DNA of 30,046 nucleotides from an uncultured Yersinia sp. (GTDB lineage Bacteria; Pseudomonadota; Gammaproteobacteria; Enterobacterales; Enterobacteriaceae): NCBI GenBank assembly GCA_964496225.1, contig CAZBYB010000001.1, positions 5,416 to 35,461 of the forward strand, read 5' to 3'. Shown piece by piece: positions 28,159 to 30,046 of this stretch (position 1 is its first letter; each line of letters starts with the position of its first letter). The notes under the pieces were generated by a model. It saw only the letters and a program-made list of their open reading frames with translations, ran no database searches and was not told where the DNA came from. The position numbers and the translations under genes were made by a program.

Positions 28159-29865
28159 ATGTTGATCACGCATCAGCGCTATAACGAAAACATTCCCCAA
28201 ATGATCAGCTGGGGGCACTGGTTTGTTTTATTTAATATACTGTTTAGCCTGATAGTTGGCAGCCGTTATCTTTTTGTTGCTGATTGGCCTGCTTCATTAT
28301 TGGGCCGCATTTATGCCTTCACCAGTTGGCTTGGTCATTTTAGTTTTATTGTTTTTATCGTTTATCTGTTAATCGTATTCCCGCTGACTTTCGTCACTGT
28401 GTCTCAGCGCTTACTGCGTTTCCTTGCCACCGTCATTGCGACGGCTGGAATCACCCTGCTGTTGGTAGATACTGAAGTCTTTACGCGTTTCTATTTACAC
28501 CTTAATCATCTTATCTGGGGATTAGTGATTCATTCGGAACACAGTGAGCAAATACGCGACTGGCAATTCATTTTTATTTGTATACCTGTTATTTTTTTGC
28601 TTGAAATGCTATTGGGGGCCTGGTGCTGGCAGAAACTACGCAGTCTTAATCGCTGGCACATAGGGAAACCCTTGGCAGCACTGTTTATCACCACCTTTCT
28701 TGCCACTCATCTCCTCTATGTCTGGGCAGATGCTAATTTTTATCGTCCAATTACCATGCAACGTGCCAATTTCCCCCTTTCTTATCCAATGACGGCACGT
28801 GGCTTTCTGGAAAAATATGGCCTGCTTGATCGACAGGAATATCAACGCAAATTAATAGACCAAGGTAATCCGGGTGTTCCTGCTGTTGAATATCCGCTCA
28901 GTGAAATTAAATTGCAGCATTCTGCACCTCCATTCAATCTGTTAATGATTATCATTAATGGAATTAATAGCACAGATAGACTGACACATATGCCAGCGCT
29001 AACTCATTTTGCACAATCCAACATTCAATTTAACAATCATTACAGTTCCGGCAACCGCCAGGATACCGGGCTTTTTGGCCTGTTTTATGGTATTTCACCA
29101 ACCTATCTGGATGCCATTTTATCGACTCATCAACCTTCGGAATTAATTAATGCCTTAAACATGCGAGGTTATCAATTTGGCTTGTTCTCGTCCGATGGTT
29201 TTGACACGCCACTGTATCGCCAAGCCTTATTAACAGATTTTTCATTACCTGCACCGGTAAAACAAAAAAACAGTCAAACAACTGAACAATGGCAACAATG
29301 GTTAGCCGGCCGTGATACGAGTACGCCCTGGTTTTCCTATATCAGCCTGTCTGATAATCAGACAAAAGAAGTCAATACCGGAAGAAAATCTGTGGATGAG
29401 CATATCGCAACCATACTTGATCTCATGGAGAAACAGGATCGCTTAAATAATACTGTGATCATTATCACTGCTGTACACACGAATACATCAATAGCCCGTT
29501 ACCAGCAATTGCAGGCTCCATTAATTATCCACTGGCCTGCCATAGCTGCACAACAGATCACTAAATTAACCAGCCATAAAGATATCATGACAACGCTGAT
29601 GCAACGGCTGCTCTCTGTTAGCAATGCACCAAGTGATTACTCTCAGGGTGAAGATCTGTTTGCCGCTACACGCCGCCATAATTGGATAGTCACTGGTGAA
29701 GACGGCATGCTGATCATTACCACTCCTACACGCATTCTGGTCGTCGATGATAATGGAAGCTGGCAGGTTTTTGATCACGCTGGCAATCAAATGAAACATG
29801 AAAAACTCGAACCTTCTTTATTACTACAGGTTTTAATTGATATAAGACGTTTTATTGCAAATTAA
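28159..29865 (+). CDS. yejM: LPS biogenesis regulator YejM/PbgA/LapC
   Basis: SQMISWGHWF-like N-terminus (PQMISWGHWF), five TM helices, LSYPMTAR, sulfatase-like periplasmic domain with GLFGLFYG. Confidence 0.95.
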   Translation: MLITHQRYNENIPQMISWGHWFVLFNILFSLIVGSRYLFVADWPASLLGRIYAFTSWLGHFSFIVFIVYLLIVFPLTFVTVSQRLLRFLATVIATAGITLLLVDTEVFTRFYLHLNHLIWGLVIHSEHSEQIRDWQFIFICIPVIFLLEMLLGAWCWQKLRSLNRWHIGKPLAALFITTFLATHLLYVWADANFYRPITMQRANFPLSYPMTARGFLEKYGLLDRQEYQRKLIDQGNPGVPAVEYPLSEIKLQHSAPPFNLLMIIINGINSTDRLTHMPALTHFAQSNIQFNNHYSSGNRQDTGLFGLFYGISPTYLDAILSTHQPSELINALNMRGYQFGLFSSDGFDTPLYRQALLTDFSLPAPVKQKNSQTTEQWQQWLAGRDTSTPWFSYISLSDNQTKEVNTGRKSVDEHIATILDLMEKQDRLNNTVIIITAVHTNTSIARYQQLQAPLIIHWPAIAAQQITKLTSHKDIMTTLMQRLLSVSNAPSDYSQGEDLFAATRRHNWIVTGEDGMLIITTPTRILVVDDNGSWQVFDHAGNQMKHEKLEPSLLLQVLIDIRRFIAN

Positions 29866-30000
29866 GCTCACGGGTCAGAGCCGTTGTGATTCCTTTTCAC
29901 ATGCCAGGAAAAACTGCAGCAAAATGAATCAGTCAGTCAATGACATGCAATGTAACAGTAAAATTTAATTACATTATCAGATGTATAAGGAGTCATCATT

Positions 30001-30046
30001 TTGGCAAATATTATTCGTCAGTTTTTGCGCCTGGAAGCTGCTGCCG
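30001..30046 (+). CDS. nhaA: Na+/H+ antiporter NhaA, N-terminal fragment (runs off window end)
   Basis: TTG start after AAGGAG RBS; MANIIRQFLRLEAAA resembles the enterobacterial NhaA start (xNIIRQFLxxEAAGG). Only 15 codons visible. Confidence 0.7.
   Translation, partial: MANIIRQFLRLEAAA

Noticed and set aside
29866-30000. tRNA-Pro (proL) expected after yejM
   Set aside because: No cloverleaf, T-loop or CCA found; the region instead leads into nhaA.
1-30046. CRISPR array, rRNA, toxin-antitoxin or defence systems
   Set aside because: No regularly spaced repeats or diagnostic protein motifs seen on either strand.

Overview
A moderately AT-rich Enterobacterales window whose gene content and erosion pattern suggest a genome-reduced, host-associated (probably insect-symbiont) lineage; this is inferred, not identified. 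The backbone is intact housekeeping genes in short blocks that are not adjacent in E. coli: ccmF'EDCBA + tRNA-Arg(CCT); dps-rhtA; proQ-prc-htpX; sdaA-nudL-pabB; ybfA-pgm-seqA-ybfF-fldA-fur; yejG-rsuA-rplY-yejM; and the start of nhaA. Many usual neighbours are missing (ompX, msrC, kdp, ybfE, bcr, radD, yejK, yejL, proL). Accessory material comprises a 466-bp internally deleted IS982 element with intact ends and a 7-bp target duplication, an IS1 remnant, a small 2-TM protein plus a DHA2-type MFS exporter, and two orphan candidate host-interaction proteins. The first is a very AT-rich 274-aa ORF next to tRNA-Arg with a CNF1/CheD-like Cys-His motif and a C-terminal NLS-like basic patch. The second is an 898-aa metzincin metalloprotease with an unrecognised N-terminal half and an RTX/T1SS-like tail, inserted between nudL and sdaA. 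No CRISPR array, rRNA or intact prophage is visible. Family assignments come from recalled motifs and gene order; no database search was run.
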